Notes: generated by a model from the letters alone, not told the origin. Positions 21,483 to 32,959 are shown, numbered from the stretch's first letter. The stretch is 64,000 nucleotides of DNA from Candidatus Latescibacterota bacterium (GCA_963791045.1 CAWBQK010000003.1:43682-107681); one strand, 5' to 3'. Translations and numbers: made by a program.

Positions 21483-21522
21483 CCTAACAAAATTCTAACT
21501 TTTCTCTCACACGCAATTAACA
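21483..21522 (+). promoter_or_regulatory. Putative Pho-box array upstream of the phosphate porin
   Basis: CCTAACA (21483), TCTAACT (21494), TCTCACA (21505) and ATTAACA (21516) at an exact 11-bp period. Confidence 0.7.
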
Positions 21523-21632
21523 CCGGTCACGCATTATCCGCCCCGACATACATGACATGGGAGATTTGGAAACGGCGGATTCAACGCGGCTCCGTCGAAC
21601 GTCTACACTACTCTTCAAAGGAGGGGGAATTC

Positions 21633-22868
21633 TTGAAGAAGCATATCGTGTTCGCATGTGTGCTGGCTTGTGTTCTCACGCTCGCCGTAGCGTCCCACGC
21701 CAAGTCCGAACTTCAAGCTTCCTGGGACAAGGGACTTCGGTTTAGTTCCGAAGACAAAGGTTTTTCGCTCAAGCTCGGTGGCCGTATCCAGAACGACTGG
21801 GCATGGTTCAACCAGAGTGACGAGCATCTCGCTGCCTACGGCAACTGGCAGGATGGAACGGAATTTCGCCGTATCCGTCTGTACATGTCGGGCAACGTCT
21901 ACAACAACATCATCTTCAAAGCCCAGTACGACTTTGCCGGCGCGAACGATCCGGGCAAGGAAGTGTCCGTAAAAGACATGTACATCGGCTACAAGGGCAT
22001 CCCTTACGCCGGCACGTTCGTCGTCGGGCATCAGAAAGAGCCGTTCGGCCTCGAAGTACTCACAAGCAGTAAATACGTGACCTTCATGGAACGTTCACCG
22101 CTGACCATTTTCGACTCCGAACGAAATATGGGGATGGCTTTCCAAAATGCGTTTGCGAACAAGCGCGTCACGGTTCATGCCGGCGTGTTCAAGACCACCG
22201 ACGACGGCGGAAAGGGCACCGGCGACGGACGCAACGCCATTACCGCGCGTGTCACGGGACTTCCGTGGTACGACAAGGATCAGAACGCTCTCTTTCACAT
22301 TGGTGGAGCTTATTCTTATCGTTCCGTCAAGGATGAAGGGGAATGGGCGGTACGTCCGAGTTCGCACCTCGCCGGCAAAATGATCACCACCGGTGACCTG
22401 ATGATCGAAAAGATCAACGCGATGGGTCTCGAAGGCGCCTTTGTTTACGGTCCGTTTTCCGCGCAGGGCGAGTACAAGATGTTGACGCTCGACGCTCCGA
22501 TGAATGACGATCCAAGCTTTGGTGGTTTTTATGCTTACGGTTCTTTCTTCATCACCGGCGAGAGCCGTGCGTATAAAACGTCCCGCGCCGCGTTCGACCG
22601 TGTGTCTCCCAAGAAGGATTTCCTTGGAGACGAGAAGGGTCCCGGTGCGTGGGAAGTCGCGCTCCGCTATTCTTTTGTGGATCTCAATGACAAGGAAATC
22701 TACGGCGGCGAGCTGGCCGATATAACGGCGGGCGTCAACTGGCACCTCAATCCCAACACGCGAGTAATGTTCAACTACGTCTATTCGACGGCCGACAAGG
22801 TTGGAGAAGAGATGGCCGACAACGGCGCGGTCAACATTTTTGAGACAAGGTTCCAGATCGATTTCTAG
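21633..22868 (+). CDS. Phosphate-selective porin, OprO/OprP family
   Basis: TTG start after GGAGGGG, a signal peptide, GGRIQND, FRRIRL, GHQKEPFGLE..TSS..TFMER, GAWEVALRYS, GVNWHLN and terminal Phe. Confidence 0.92.
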   Translation: MKKHIVFACVLACVLTLAVASHAKSELQASWDKGLRFSSEDKGFSLKLGGRIQNDWAWFNQSDEHLAAYGNWQDGTEFRRIRLYMSGNVYNNIIFKAQYDFAGANDPGKEVSVKDMYIGYKGIPYAGTFVVGHQKEPFGLEVLTSSKYVTFMERSPLTIFDSERNMGMAFQNAFANKRVTVHAGVFKTTDDGGKGTGDGRNAITARVTGLPWYDKDQNALFHIGGAYSYRSVKDEGEWAVRPSSHLAGKMITTGDLMIEKINAMGLEGAFVYGPFSAQGEYKMLTLDAPMNDDPSFGGFYAYGSFFITGESRAYKTSRAAFDRVSPKKDFLGDEKGPGAWEVALRYSFVDLNDKEIYGGELADITAGVNWHLNPNTRVMFNYVYSTADKVGEEMADNGAVNIFETRFQIDF

Positions 22869-23039
22869 ACTAGCTATCTGAAATTGTTTTGCTCCTCAGG
22901 CACTGTTGAGATGGCGGGGCCGGTGTGTCCCGGCGGATGAATTATGGATTTACAATAGTGGGTCCGCCGCATACTATTTTATTGTATTACAGGTGAATGC
23001 GGGCGTGCGCGCCCGAAGTCTCGAGCAAGGTGGTAGAAA

Positions 23040-23702
23040 ATGCGGCTGCGCCGCGACATCGACAAATTGAAGAAAAACATCCTCGCGCTCAGTGCGGTTG
23101 TCGAGGATTCGGTTCGGAAGGCCGTTCTGTCCGCCGAGAACCGGGATTCGGTAATGGCTCAATCCGTTATCGAACGGGACAAGGAGATCGATGCAATGGA
23201 GGTCGATCTCGAAGAGGAGTGCCTGAAGATGCTGGCGCTTCACCAACCGGTCGCGATGGACCTTCGTTTCATTATTGCGGTTCTGAAAATTAACAATGAC
23301 CTCGAACGGATAGGAGATCTGGCGGCAAATATCGCCGAGCGTGTCATCTATCTCTCGGAGCACCAGGATGTCACCATTCCGTCGACGATCACCCAGATGA
23401 TGGAAAACGTGCAGCCGATGCTCGCAAAGAGTCTCGACGCGCTCGTAAACATGGACAAGGCGCTGGCAACGGAAGTGCTGACGCTTGACGACGTGGTTGA
23501 CGAGATTCACCGTAACGCCTATCTGGGTATCCAGAGCCGAATTAAGGAGAATCCTGAAAACCTTGCCGTTCTCATTCAGTGGATGAGCGTCTCGAGGTGC
23601 CTCGAACGAATAGCGGACCAGGCGACAAATATCGCCGAGGACGTTATTTATATGTTGGATGGTGAAATCATCCGCCACCAGGGTGGGGCCACGGAAAAAT
23701 AG
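23040..23702 (+). CDS. phoU: Phosphate signalling protein PhoU
   Basis: HQPVAMDLR, DLERIGD and LERIADQATNIAE. Confidence 0.97.
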   Translation: MRLRRDIDKLKKNILALSAVVEDSVRKAVLSAENRDSVMAQSVIERDKEIDAMEVDLEEECLKMLALHQPVAMDLRFIIAVLKINNDLERIGDLAANIAERVIYLSEHQDVTIPSTITQMMENVQPMLAKSLDALVNMDKALATEVLTLDDVVDEIHRNAYLGIQSRIKENPENLAVLIQWMSVSRCLERIADQATNIAEDVIYMLDGEIIRHQGGATEK

Positions 23703-23709
23703 AAGCCGC

Positions 23710-24990
23710 TCAGATTCTTTCCAGCTCCCGGGCCGCCGCGATGCCTTCGGCCTCGTTCACACGGCTGAGAATCACACCGCCGATGACGAAGAGGACCGCG
23801 ACGGAGACTATCGCAATCCGGGGATTCCCGGTCAACACGCCCACCCAACCCATCAAGACCGGTCCAACCACGGCGGCGAATTTCCCAAGCATATTGTAGA
23901 ATCCAAAGAACTCCGCCGCCTTGTCCTTCGGAATAAGCCGCGAGTATAGCGAACGGCTCAGCGATTGAACGCCGCCGAGGACGAGGCCGACGGTGACGGC
24001 GAGCACGTAGAATTCCGCCACATTCTTCATGAAGTAGGCCCAGATACAAACGGCGATATAGACGGCGATCCCAATGAATATTCCCGTTTTCGCACCTTTT
24101 TTCTCCCCGAGTTTTCCGAATGCGATCGCCGATGGAAAACCGACAAACTGAGTAATGAGAAGCGCGATGATGAGGCTCTTTGCCTCGAATCCCAACGACA
24201 AACCGTAGTCCACCGCCATTCTGGTGATTGTGTGGACGCCATCGATGTAGCACCAGTACCCCACGAGAAAGATAAAAACCACCCGAAGGCGTTTCAGCTC
24301 TCCAAAGGTGCGGGCCAGTTGCCGGACTCCCTCGACGACGGCCCTGCGGTACCCCGGGATCTGCGGCGGCGCTTCCTTGACGAAGAGAAAAAGGGGAATC
24401 GAGAACACGGTCCACCACACCGATACGGTGATGAACGACACCCGGACGGCATGGGCCGCGTCGGCGAGACCGAAAAATTCGGGTTTGAGGGTCATTGCGA
24501 CGTTGACCGCGAAAAGAACTCCGCCTCCTAGATAACCCACGGCGAACCCCAGGGCGGATATGAAGTCCGCGCGCCGGCCCGATGTCACGCTCACCAGAAG
24601 CGAATCATAAAAGCTGTTGGCGGAAGAGAATCCGATAGTCGCGGTAAGATAAATGAGGACACCAACTTCCCATTGTCCCTTCGCGACGAAGTGGAGGGCG
24701 CCCGTCATGACGATCCCGAGAAGCGCGAACACCATGAGGAACTTTTTCTTGGCGCCGCCCTTGTCGGCGATCGCTCCCAGTACCGGCGAGAGTACCGCGA
24801 CGATGATGCTGGCGATCGAGTTTGCAGTTCCGAGACGGAGTGTGCTAGTCACGGCGTCGGCGCCCGAATTCAGATACTGTTTGAAAAACACTGGGAAAAA
24901 ACCGGCAACGACGGTTGTGGAGAACGCCGAATTTGCCCAGTCGTAGAGAACCCAGCCGAAAACGCTCTTCTTGTTTTTGGTATCGGGCAT
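23710..24990 (-). CDS. MFS transporter, UMF1/BtlA-like
   Basis: WVLYDWANSAF, PVLGAIAD, QSLSRSLY and EFFGFY. Confidence 0.9.
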   Translation of the reverse strand: MPDTKNKKSVFGWVLYDWANSAFSTTVVAGFFPVFFKQYLNSGADAVTSTLRLGTANSIASIIVAVLSPVLGAIADKGGAKKKFLMVFALLGIVMTGALHFVAKGQWEVGVLIYLTATIGFSSANSFYDSLLVSVTSGRRADFISALGFAVGYLGGGVLFAVNVAMTLKPEFFGLADAAHAVRVSFITVSVWWTVFSIPLFLFVKEAPPQIPGYRRAVVEGVRQLARTFGELKRLRVVFIFLVGYWCYIDGVHTITRMAVDYGLSLGFEAKSLIIALLITQFVGFPSAIAFGKLGEKKGAKTGIFIGIAVYIAVCIWAYFMKNVAEFYVLAVTVGLVLGGVQSLSRSLYSRLIPKDKAAEFFGFYNMLGKFAAVVGPVLMGWVGVLTGNPRIAIVSVAVLFVIGGVILSRVNEAEGIAAARELERI

Positions 24991-25251
24991 AGTCTGTGAC
25001 GGGTGAGGGACGCAGGTTAACGCTGCACAAATGCCGACCGGTGCGGGGCGGCCCCGCGGCGGCGCATTCCGGTCCGGAGATCATCCCCGAACCCGGCCGT
25101 TGTGTCAATAATCTTGAAAAAAGGAGTTCGCCGCGAATTGCTCTTTGATTTTTACCCCCGAATGTAATAAAATGCGCGGTTGAAACCAATCCCTTCAATT
25201 TTTTTAATACATACCTACAGAAAGATGGGTAAAAGGAGGATAGGGCTGCTT

Positions 25252-27205
25252 ATGGCTGACAAACAGTTCGACAGCGTTATGGATGAGGTGAGGAAATTCG
25301 AACCCTCGGAGGAGTTCAAAAAGGGTGCGCACATTTCCTCAATGGAAGAATACCAGAAGATGTTCGACCAGAGCATCAATGACCCCGAAGGGTTCTGGGG
25401 AACTGTTGCAGAAGATCTTCATTGGTACAAGAAATGGGACAAGGTCCTCAACGAGGATGAGGCTCCATTCTACAAATGGTTCGAAGGCGGAAAGACCAAC
25501 ATGTCTTACAACTGCCTCGACCGTTATATGGGTACCCCGACACAGAACAAGGCCGCCATTATTTTTGAGGGCGAGCCGGGTGACGAGAAAGTTCTCACCT
25601 ACCGCGATTTGTGGCGTGAGGTCAACAAGTTTGCCAACGTGCTCAAGAAGCTCGGTGTCAAGAAGGGCGACCGCGTCGCGGTTTATCTGCCGATGATTCC
25701 CGAGCTTCCAATAACGCTTCTCGCGTGCGCGCGTATCGGCGCGATCCATTCGGTGATTTTTGCCGGATTCTCTGCCGAGTCAATCAAAGACCGCGTGCTC
25801 GACAGCCAGGCAAACCTGGTAATCACGTCGGATGGCGGGTACCGTCGCGGCAAGGTTCTCCCGCTCAAGGATATCGTTGACGAAGCGGTCAAAGATGTTG
25901 ACTGTGTCAAGAACGTTCTCTGTTGCCGAGCGCTCGGTCGACAAAGAGTATCCGTGCTCGATGACCGACGGTCGCGACCACTGGTACCACGATATCGTCA
26001 AAGAAGTGGACAACCTCTGCGAGCCCGAACAGCTCGACGCCGAGGACATGCTCTTTACGCTTTACACAAGCGGTACAACGGGCAAGCCCAAGGGCATCAT
26101 CCATACCACCGGCGGGTACATGGTCTTCACGTACCTCACCACCAAGTACATCTTCGATATCAAACCCGAAGACGTCTTCTGGTGCACCGCGGACATCGGC
26201 TGGGTCACGGGACACAGCTACATCGTCTACGGCCCGCTGTCAAATGGCGCGACGTGCGTTCTCTATGAAGGCGCTCCGAACTCGCCGGACGAAGGCCGCT
26301 TCTGGGATATCACCGAGAAGTACGGCGTTACCGTATTCTATACGGCGCCCACGGCGATCCGCGCATTCATGAAGTGGGGAGACGAATTCCCGCAGAAGTA
26401 CGATCTCTCGTCACTGCGTCTTCTTGGTTCGGTCGGCGAACCGATCAACCCCGAGGCGTGGATGTGGTACCACAAGCTCATCGGTGGGGAAAAGTGTCCT
26501 ATCGTCGATACGTGGTGGCAGACCGAGACGGGTGGAATTCTCATTACACCTCTTCCGGGCGTCACGACGACCAAGCCGGGTAGCGCAACCTTCCCGTTCT
26601 TCGGTATCGACGCGGCGATTCTCAACGAAGCCGGCGAAGAAGTGGATGCGGGCCTGCTCGCGATCCGCAAACCGTGGCCGGGAATTCTTCGTGGGATCTA
26701 CGGCGATCCGGAACGGTACAAGCAGACATACTGGTCCAAGTGGCCCGGTGTGTACTTCCCAGGCGACGGCGCCAAGAAGGACTCGGAGGGTTACTATTGG
26801 ATCCTCGGCCGCGTCGATGACGTGGTCAACGTGTCCGGTCATCGGATTGGTACCGCCGAGCTCGAAAGCGCTTTTGTCGAGCACCCTGCCGTGGCGGAAG
26901 CCGCGGTTATCGGTATCAAGCATGAGCTTACAGGCCAGGCCCTGGCTGCGTTCCTGACGCTTCGCGGCGGCATCGAGGGTGACGACGCCCTCTTGAAGGA
27001 ACTCAAAGACTGGGTCGGAAAGAAGATTGGCAAGTTCGCCATCCCGGCGAAGTTGATTTTCACCGCCGATTTGCCCAAGACCCGTTCGGGCAAGATCATG
27101 CGGCGTCTCCTCAGAGACATCGCCGAAGGCCGTGCCCTTGGTAACGTGACCACCCTCGCCGACGCGAGTGTTGTTGACGCGCTAAAGGACAAATACACGG
27201 ACTAG
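25252..27205 (+). CDS. acs: Acetate-CoA ligase, one frameshift near 25921
   Basis: NMSYNCLDR and [12 protein letters not shown] in frame 1; [29 protein letters not shown] and [11 protein letters not shown] in frame 2. RBS AGGAGG. Confidence 0.95.
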
Positions 27206-27323
27206 TTGATTCAAAACGGGAACTCGGTGGCGCATGTCTGTGTACAATGCGTCACCGAGTTTTTTTTGTCGCTATGGTCACTCAAGTTGTTTTGGGAGCC
27301 GACGCTTCCTGGAGGTCAACCGT

Positions 27324-27749
27324 ATGAAACGTTTCCTTTCGTTTTTATTGCTGGGCACGCTGGTCATCTTTTTGGGGACCGCGCTTGCCGGCAAGAAATG
27401 TGACAAGAGCTGTTCCGAGTTCTCCTCTTGTGTCGGCGCCAAGGGCAAAGTGGTCACGCTCGAGGGCGAGATCGTCGAAGCCGGTTGTTACCTGGCCAGT
27501 GGTGAGATGGCCAAGGACAACGCCGAGTGCATCAAGAAGTGCGCGTCCGAGGGAATGCCGCTGGTCCTGGTTACGAAGGACAATGCCGTGTATCTGATCG
27601 TCAAGAATGCGGAGACGGCAAAAGCCTACGAACAGACTATCAAGCTTGCCGCTGAAAAGGTCGAGATCAAGGGGATCGTCCGTGACAAGGACGGACTCAA
27701 GGCCATCGCGGTTACAGAGATAAAGCAGCTGGAGCTTGCCTCCAAGTGA
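27324..27749 (+). CDS. Small secreted Cys-containing hypothetical protein
   Basis: RBS GGAGG, signal peptide MKRFLSFLLLGTLVIFLGTALA and motif GEIVEAGCY...CIKKCASEGMP. Confidence 0.75.
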   Translation: MKRFLSFLLLGTLVIFLGTALAGKKCDKSCSEFSSCVGAKGKVVTLEGEIVEAGCYLASGEMAKDNAECIKKCASEGMPLVLVTKDNAVYLIVKNAETAKAYEQTIKLAAEKVEIKGIVRDKDGLKAIAVTEIKQLELASK

Positions 27750-27773
27750 TTCGCTGAACAGCATATTACAGCG

Positions 27774-27807
27774 AAAAGGGGACACTCATCGGGTGTCCCC
27801 TTTTTTT
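27774..27807. terminator. Bidirectional intrinsic terminator
   Basis: AAAAGGGGACAC-loop-GTGTCCCCTTTTTTT between convergent genes. Confidence 0.85.
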
Positions 27808-27829
27808 GGAGAAGCTTCGTCGGTAGTGC

Positions 27830-28849
27830 CTAGTCGTCCCAGCTGAGCATCCCGCCGGACTGGTATTCGGTCACCCGCGTCTCAAAGAAGTTCTTTTCTT
27901 TGCGGAGATCAATCACTTCGCTCATCCACGGGAAAGGATTCTTTGACCCGTATACCTTCTCAAGGCCGATTCGCTCGAGCCGTCTGTCGGCGATGTACTC
28001 GATGTACTCGCGAATAACTTCCGCGTTGAGCCCCAGCACTCCTCTTGGCAGGCAGTCTTTCGCGTATTCGTACTCGAGGTCGACGGAGGTCACGATGTGC
28101 TCCGTGATTTGTTTCTTGAAGGAATCGGTCCAAATCTCGGGGTTCTCCTGGACGACGGTGTTGATGAGATCCGAGCCAAACTCGAGATGCACCGATTCAT
28201 CCCGGAGAATGAACTGGAACTGCTCGCCGACGCCGACCATTTTGTTCTGCCGGAGAAAAGAGAGCATCATCACAAATCCCGCGTAGAAAAAGATACCTTC
28301 CATGATCACGTAGTAACCGACGAGATCGTTCACGAAGCGTTGGATGTTGTCGCTGCCGTTGGTCGAAAAGCCGGGGTCCAGGATGGACTGTGTGATGTCG
28401 ATGACATACTGATCTTTTTTGCGGATGCTGGGGATGTCGAGGTACATGTTGTACACCTCGTCGGGGCTGAGCCCGAGCGTGTCGCAGCAGTAGATAAATG
28501 TGTCGGTGTGCACCGCTTCTTCGTACGCCTGGCGGAGAAGATACTGACGGCACTCGGGATTGGTGACATGGCGGTACACGGCGAGAACGATGTTGTTCGC
28601 CGTGAGACTCTCCGCGGTGGAGAAGAACCCCATGTTCCACAGAACAAGCCGCCGCTCGTCATCTGTGAGCGCCGTGGGACTCCGCCACATTTCGACGTCT
28701 TTTTGCATGTTGACTTCTTCGGGTGTCCAGTTGTTGGCCACGCCCGTTTTGTAATGCTCCCGCGCCCACGCATACTTCATCGGAAGTATTTTGTTCGGGT
28801 CGGTGGCCGAACAGTTGAGAATCCGCTTGTCCTTATTCTCCGAACTCAT
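27830..28849 (-). CDS. nrdB: Ribonucleotide reductase beta subunit with class Ic (R2c) signature
   Basis: GFFSTAESL, EEAVHTDTF, MEGIFFYAGF, RDESVH and NFFETRVTEY. Confidence 0.95.
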   Translation of the reverse strand: MSSENKDKRILNCSATDPNKILPMKYAWAREHYKTGVANNWTPEEVNMQKDVEMWRSPTALTDDERRLVLWNMGFFSTAESLTANNIVLAVYRHVTNPECRQYLLRQAYEEAVHTDTFIYCCDTLGLSPDEVYNMYLDIPSIRKKDQYVIDITQSILDPGFSTNGSDNIQRFVNDLVGYYVIMEGIFFYAGFVMMLSFLRQNKMVGVGEQFQFILRDESVHLEFGSDLINTVVQENPEIWTDSFKKQITEHIVTSVDLEYEYAKDCLPRGVLGLNAEVIREYIEYIADRRLERIGLEKVYGSKNPFPWMSEVIDLRKEKNFFETRVTEYQSGGMLSWDD

Positions 28850-29017
28850 TCGATATCCTTTCATAATTCGCATGACTATCATGACGCCGCGGGTTCGTCC
28901 GGCGCAGTCTTTCTTTGGCCCTCGCTCCGCTTCGCTCGGCTATCCCCTTCGGGGAGGATCCTCGCTCGCTCCCGCGAAAGGGCCTTTCGAAAGACCGCAC
29001 CGTCCTCTCCGAGAGCA

Positions 29018-29137
29018 GGCACGGGTGGCTGCTCTCGTTCTGGGTTGTTGAAGCCTCTGAGCATGACAACCCGCACTTCGCTTCGCTCGCCGGTGGGGCC
29101 CCCGCGCACGTCGAGCGTAGCGGAGTGCGGGCAATCG
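29018..29137. repeat. Dispersed palindromic REP/MITE-like element, copy 2
   Basis: 67/69 identity to 1166-1234; internal 20-bp stem CCCGCACTTCGCTTCGCTCG / CGAGCGTAGCGGAGTGCGGG. Confidence 0.8.
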
Positions 29138-29140
29138 CTG

Positions 29141-31938
29141 CTACTGAGGCCTCGCAGGTTGGGTCTTCGATCAGGCACGCCGATGAAACGCCCGATGCGA
29201 GCATCGTTTTCTCGGGCTGCCCCGTGTTCGAGGGGGTCGGCGATGCGGCCTTGGCCCCGTCGTATTTATTTGCGATGTCGAGAGTTGATTTCTCAACGGT
29301 CGACTTCGCGCAGCGTGCGAAGGTAGTACGTGGTTTTGAGCCCCATCTCCCACGCGTACCGATAGATCTCCGAGATGAACTTGCCCGACGTGCTCGTCGT
29401 GAAAATATTGATCGACTGGCTCTGGTCGATCCACTTGCCCCGGTGAGCCGCGTGACGGACGATCCACCGTGGGTCGATTTCGAACACTTCCTTGAAGCGA
29501 TCCTTGATCTCACGCGGGATGTCGGCAATCTGCTGAACGCTTCCGTCGTAGTACTTGAGTTTTTCGACCATCGTGTCATTCCACAACCCCAACCGGTTCA
29601 ACTCGTCGACGAGGTATCCGTTGACTATCGTGAATTCGCCGCTGAAATTTGATTTCACATAGATGTTTTTGTAGATCGGCTCGACGGAGGGAAAGCACCC
29701 GGCGATATTGGCAATCGTCGCCGTCGGTGCGACCGCCATACAGTTCGAGTTGCGCATTCCGTGTTTGGCGACATGCTCGCGAACCGGCGTCCAGTCCATC
29801 TTTGTGCCGGCGTCGACGCCCGTGGGAAGTCCCCGTTCCTCTTCGAGGGCTGCCAGCGTGTCGACGGGGAAAATTCCGCGATCCCACTTCGAGCCGGGGA
29901 AGCTTTTGTAGTATCCCTTTTCGAGTGCGAGACGCGAAGAAGCGAGTATCGCGTGGTAGGAGACAAACTCCTGGGTGACGTCGGAGAACGTCACCGCTTC
30001 GTCGCTATCGAAGTTGAGTCGAAGTTTATAGAGCGCGTCCTGGACTCCCATCACACCGAGGCCGATGGGACGGTGTTTCATGTTGGCGTTTTGGCTTCGA
30101 TCGTCGGATAGAAATTGAGATCGATCACATTGTCGAGCATGCGAATCGCCGTCGAAATCGTTTCCGCGAGAAGTTCCCTGTCGAGTTGTCCGTCACGGAT
30201 GTGTTGGACGAGGTTGACGGATCCGAGATTGCACACGGCGGTTTCGTCGGCCGAGGTGTTGAGCGTGATCTCGGTGCAAAGGTTTGAACTGTGTACCACG
30301 CCCATGTGATCCTGGGGCGAGCGAATATTGCAGGGATCCTTGAAGGTGATCCACGGATGCCCGGTCTCGAAAAGAAGTGTGATCATTTTCCGCCACAGAT
30401 CGACGGCCTTAACTTTTCTGAACAGGCTGATTTCGCCGCGTTCGCGCCTTCTTTTCGTACGCTTCGTAGCGCCGCTCGAACTCCGTCCGTACACATGGTG
30501 AAGGTCGGGTGTTTCATCCGGAGAAAAGAGCGTCCAATCCTCGCCCCGCATGACTCGTTTCATAAACAGGTCGGGGATCCAGTTTGCCGTATTGGTGTCG
30601 TGCGTTCGCCTTCGCTCGTCACCGGTGTTTTTGCGGAGCTCGAGAAAATCCTCGATGTCGTAGTGCCACGCTTCCAGGTAGACGCAGGTGGCGCCGCGGC
30701 GTTTGCCGCTCCGGTTGATCGCGGCGGTGGTCGCGTCGACGATTTTGAGAAATGGAACGACGCCCTGGCTGCCGACGTTCGTGCTCTTAATCAGCGAACC
30801 CGTTGCGCGGATGTTCGTCCAGTCGTTGCCGAGACCCCCCGACCACTTTGACAGCTGGGCGTTGTCTGAAATGCTCTTCATGATTGTGACAGGTTGTCGT
30901 TCACAGTCGTCAGGTAACACGAACTCATTTGTGGATGCGCCGTGCCGGAATGAAAGAGAGTGGGCGTCGAGGCCACATAGAGCAGACGGGACAATGCGTT
31001 GTAAAACTCGATTGCTCGATCCGTCCCGCGCGCCGCCGTTCGGATCGCTCTCCTCAGATTGCGAGTCCCATCGCCACACGCATCCAGAACAACTGTGGTG
31101 TTTCGAGGATTTTCTGATCGAGATCCTTGAGGAAATACCGGTCGTAAAGGACCTGGGCGCCGAGGTACTGGAGCAGTGTGTCACGCTCGGGATCGAGCGC
31201 GCCGCACAGCTTGTCGAGATCGAGTTCGAGAAGACGGGAATCGAGGCGCCCTACGCTTACGCCCATGTTGATGTTTTTCAAGAATGCGTTTCTGTAGGCC
31301 GCCACGAAACCGTCTTCGAACTCGTCGATTCCAATTACTTCTTTATAAAGGTCGTTGAGCAAAAACCGGGCTGCGATGCGCGAGTACAATGGTTCTCTCT
31401 CGATTCTCGCGCGGATCGCCATGATGATGGCCTGGTTGATTTCACCTGTTGGGATTCCGTCGTAAATCGCGAGCAGGGTGTCGCGAATGATTCCATCCGT
31501 ATCAACGGGGCCGTCGAACAGCCGGCAGCAATTGATGATCGCTTTTTCGATTTCCCCGCGATCGAATCGCGCCGACTGGCCGCCGCGTTTTGTGACCGTT
31601 ATCTCCCGGCGGTTAATCCGTTCGAGAAGCTCGTTCCTCCGGGTTTCGCGAATCTCTGCGTGCTCGCGGCGATAGAGAATGTACGCCTTAGCCACGTCGA
31701 AATACCCGCGGCCCGCGAGTGTCTTTTCGACGATATCCTGGATATCCTCAACACCGGGAATCCGTTCGACGAACCTGGATTCGACAATCGCAAGGACATC
31801 GTCGGTCATTAATCCCAGGGATTCTCCGGGCACGGCGACGCCCGACGCCCCAAACGCCTTCTCCATCGCCCGCTCGATACGAACCCGGTCGAAGTCGACG
31901 ACCGACCCGTTGCGTTTCTTGATCTTTTCGATGGCCAT
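29141..31938 (-). CDS. nrdA: Ribonucleotide reductase alpha subunit with two N-terminal ATP cones, several frameshifts
   Basis: IKKRNG..FD and VTKRGG..FD cones, [46 protein letters not shown] and C-terminal [11 protein letters not shown]. Confidence 0.93.
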
Positions 31939-31960
31939 GTTGCTCCTAAAAGTCTTGTTT

Positions 31961-32008
31961 CCACAAAATATAGTAATTATCCCGGCACGAACACACTATA
32001 TGTTGTGG
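31961..32008. promoter_or_regulatory. Tandem NrdR boxes
   Basis: CCACAAAATATAGTAA (31961-31976) and ACACTATATGTTGTGG (31993-32008), 32 bp apart, directly upstream of nrdA. Confidence 0.85.
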
Positions 32009-32254
32009 TGCAGGGTCGGTTTTCCTTTGGTGAGCGGGAATTCTAATAATCGGGCGGGTGGGCGTCAAGAACTACATGCAAGTGAAAGAATTAACTTGTT
32101 GTTGATGTATATAATGCAAATAATCCTATATGGTGGCGCCCCCCATACAGGGGAATCAAATCACGCCATCCGGCCACCAGCGGCACCGGGGGGGCGTGTT
32201 ACGCTTGCGTTGGGGAGGATTCCGCGGGATGATAGTCAGGAGGGGAGTCAGCGA

Positions 32255-32959
32255 ATGAAAAACACACACATCAAAGACAATCTGGAAAGCGTTCGGGAGC
32301 GCATCGAGCTGGCGTGCTCTCGATCGGGGCGAGGGGTGGACGAGATTACGATCGTGGCGGTCACAAAGACCCACGGCGCCGAGGTCGTCGACGCCGTGGT
32401 CGAAGCGGGCATCGCAGACGTCGGCGAGAACAGGATCCAGGAATTTCTCGAAAAAAAGCAACACGTCACCCGGCCGTGCCGGTGGCACCTCGTCGGGACG
32501 CTCCAGCGCAACAAGGCGACGAAGGCGATTGGGCAGTTCGAGATGATCCAGTCGGTCGACCGGCTGAGACTCGCGGAGACCATAAGCCGTCTCGGCGTGG
32601 AACACGGCATCGACACGCGGGTTCTCATCGAGGTCAATACGTCGGGCGAGGCCACCAAGCATGGGGTCGCGCCCGATGAAGTCGTCGACCTCTCAGGCGC
32701 GGTGACCGAACTGCCCGGGCTCTCGCTCGATGGGCTGATGACTATCGGGCCGCTCACAGACGACGAGAAGGCTATCCGGCGGTCGTTCGAACTTCTCCGG
32801 GATCTTCGGGGCCGCGCCGAGGAAGGCCTCGGGGCAAAACTGCGTCATCTCAGCATGGGGATGAGCGATGATTTCGATATAGCCGTGGAGGAGGGTGCGA
32901 CGATTATTCGCCTCGGCCGCGTGCTACTTGGGGCGCGCTCGACGCAGCCGCCGCGATGA
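32255..32959 (+). CDS. yggS: PLP homeostasis protein, YggS family
   Basis: VAVTKT, GENRIQE, WHLVGTLQRNK, GLMTIG and LSMGMSDDF. Confidence 0.95.
   Translation: MKNTHIKDNLESVRERIELACSRSGRGVDEITIVAVTKTHGAEVVDAVVEAGIADVGENRIQEFLEKKQHVTRPCRWHLVGTLQRNKATKAIGQFEMIQSVDRLRLAETISRLGVEHGIDTRVLIEVNTSGEATKHGVAPDEVVDLSGAVTELPGLSLDGLMTIGPLTDDEKAIRRSFELLRDLRGRAEEGLGAKLRHLSMGMSDDFDIAVEEGATIIRLGRVLLGARSTQPPR

Noticed and set aside
21432-21632. N-terminal extension of the porin ORF
   Set aside because: The region holds the putative Pho boxes; the signal peptide begins at TTG 21633 after a strong RBS.
25915-25930. Programmed frameshift in acs (likewise anmK, rluD and the C25 gene)
   Set aside because: No slippery heptamer is evident, and indels are widespread in this assembly.
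31679-32254. Apparent long N-terminal extension of YggS
   Set aside because: It overlaps nrdA and its NrdR boxes; the ATG at 32255 has a good RBS.
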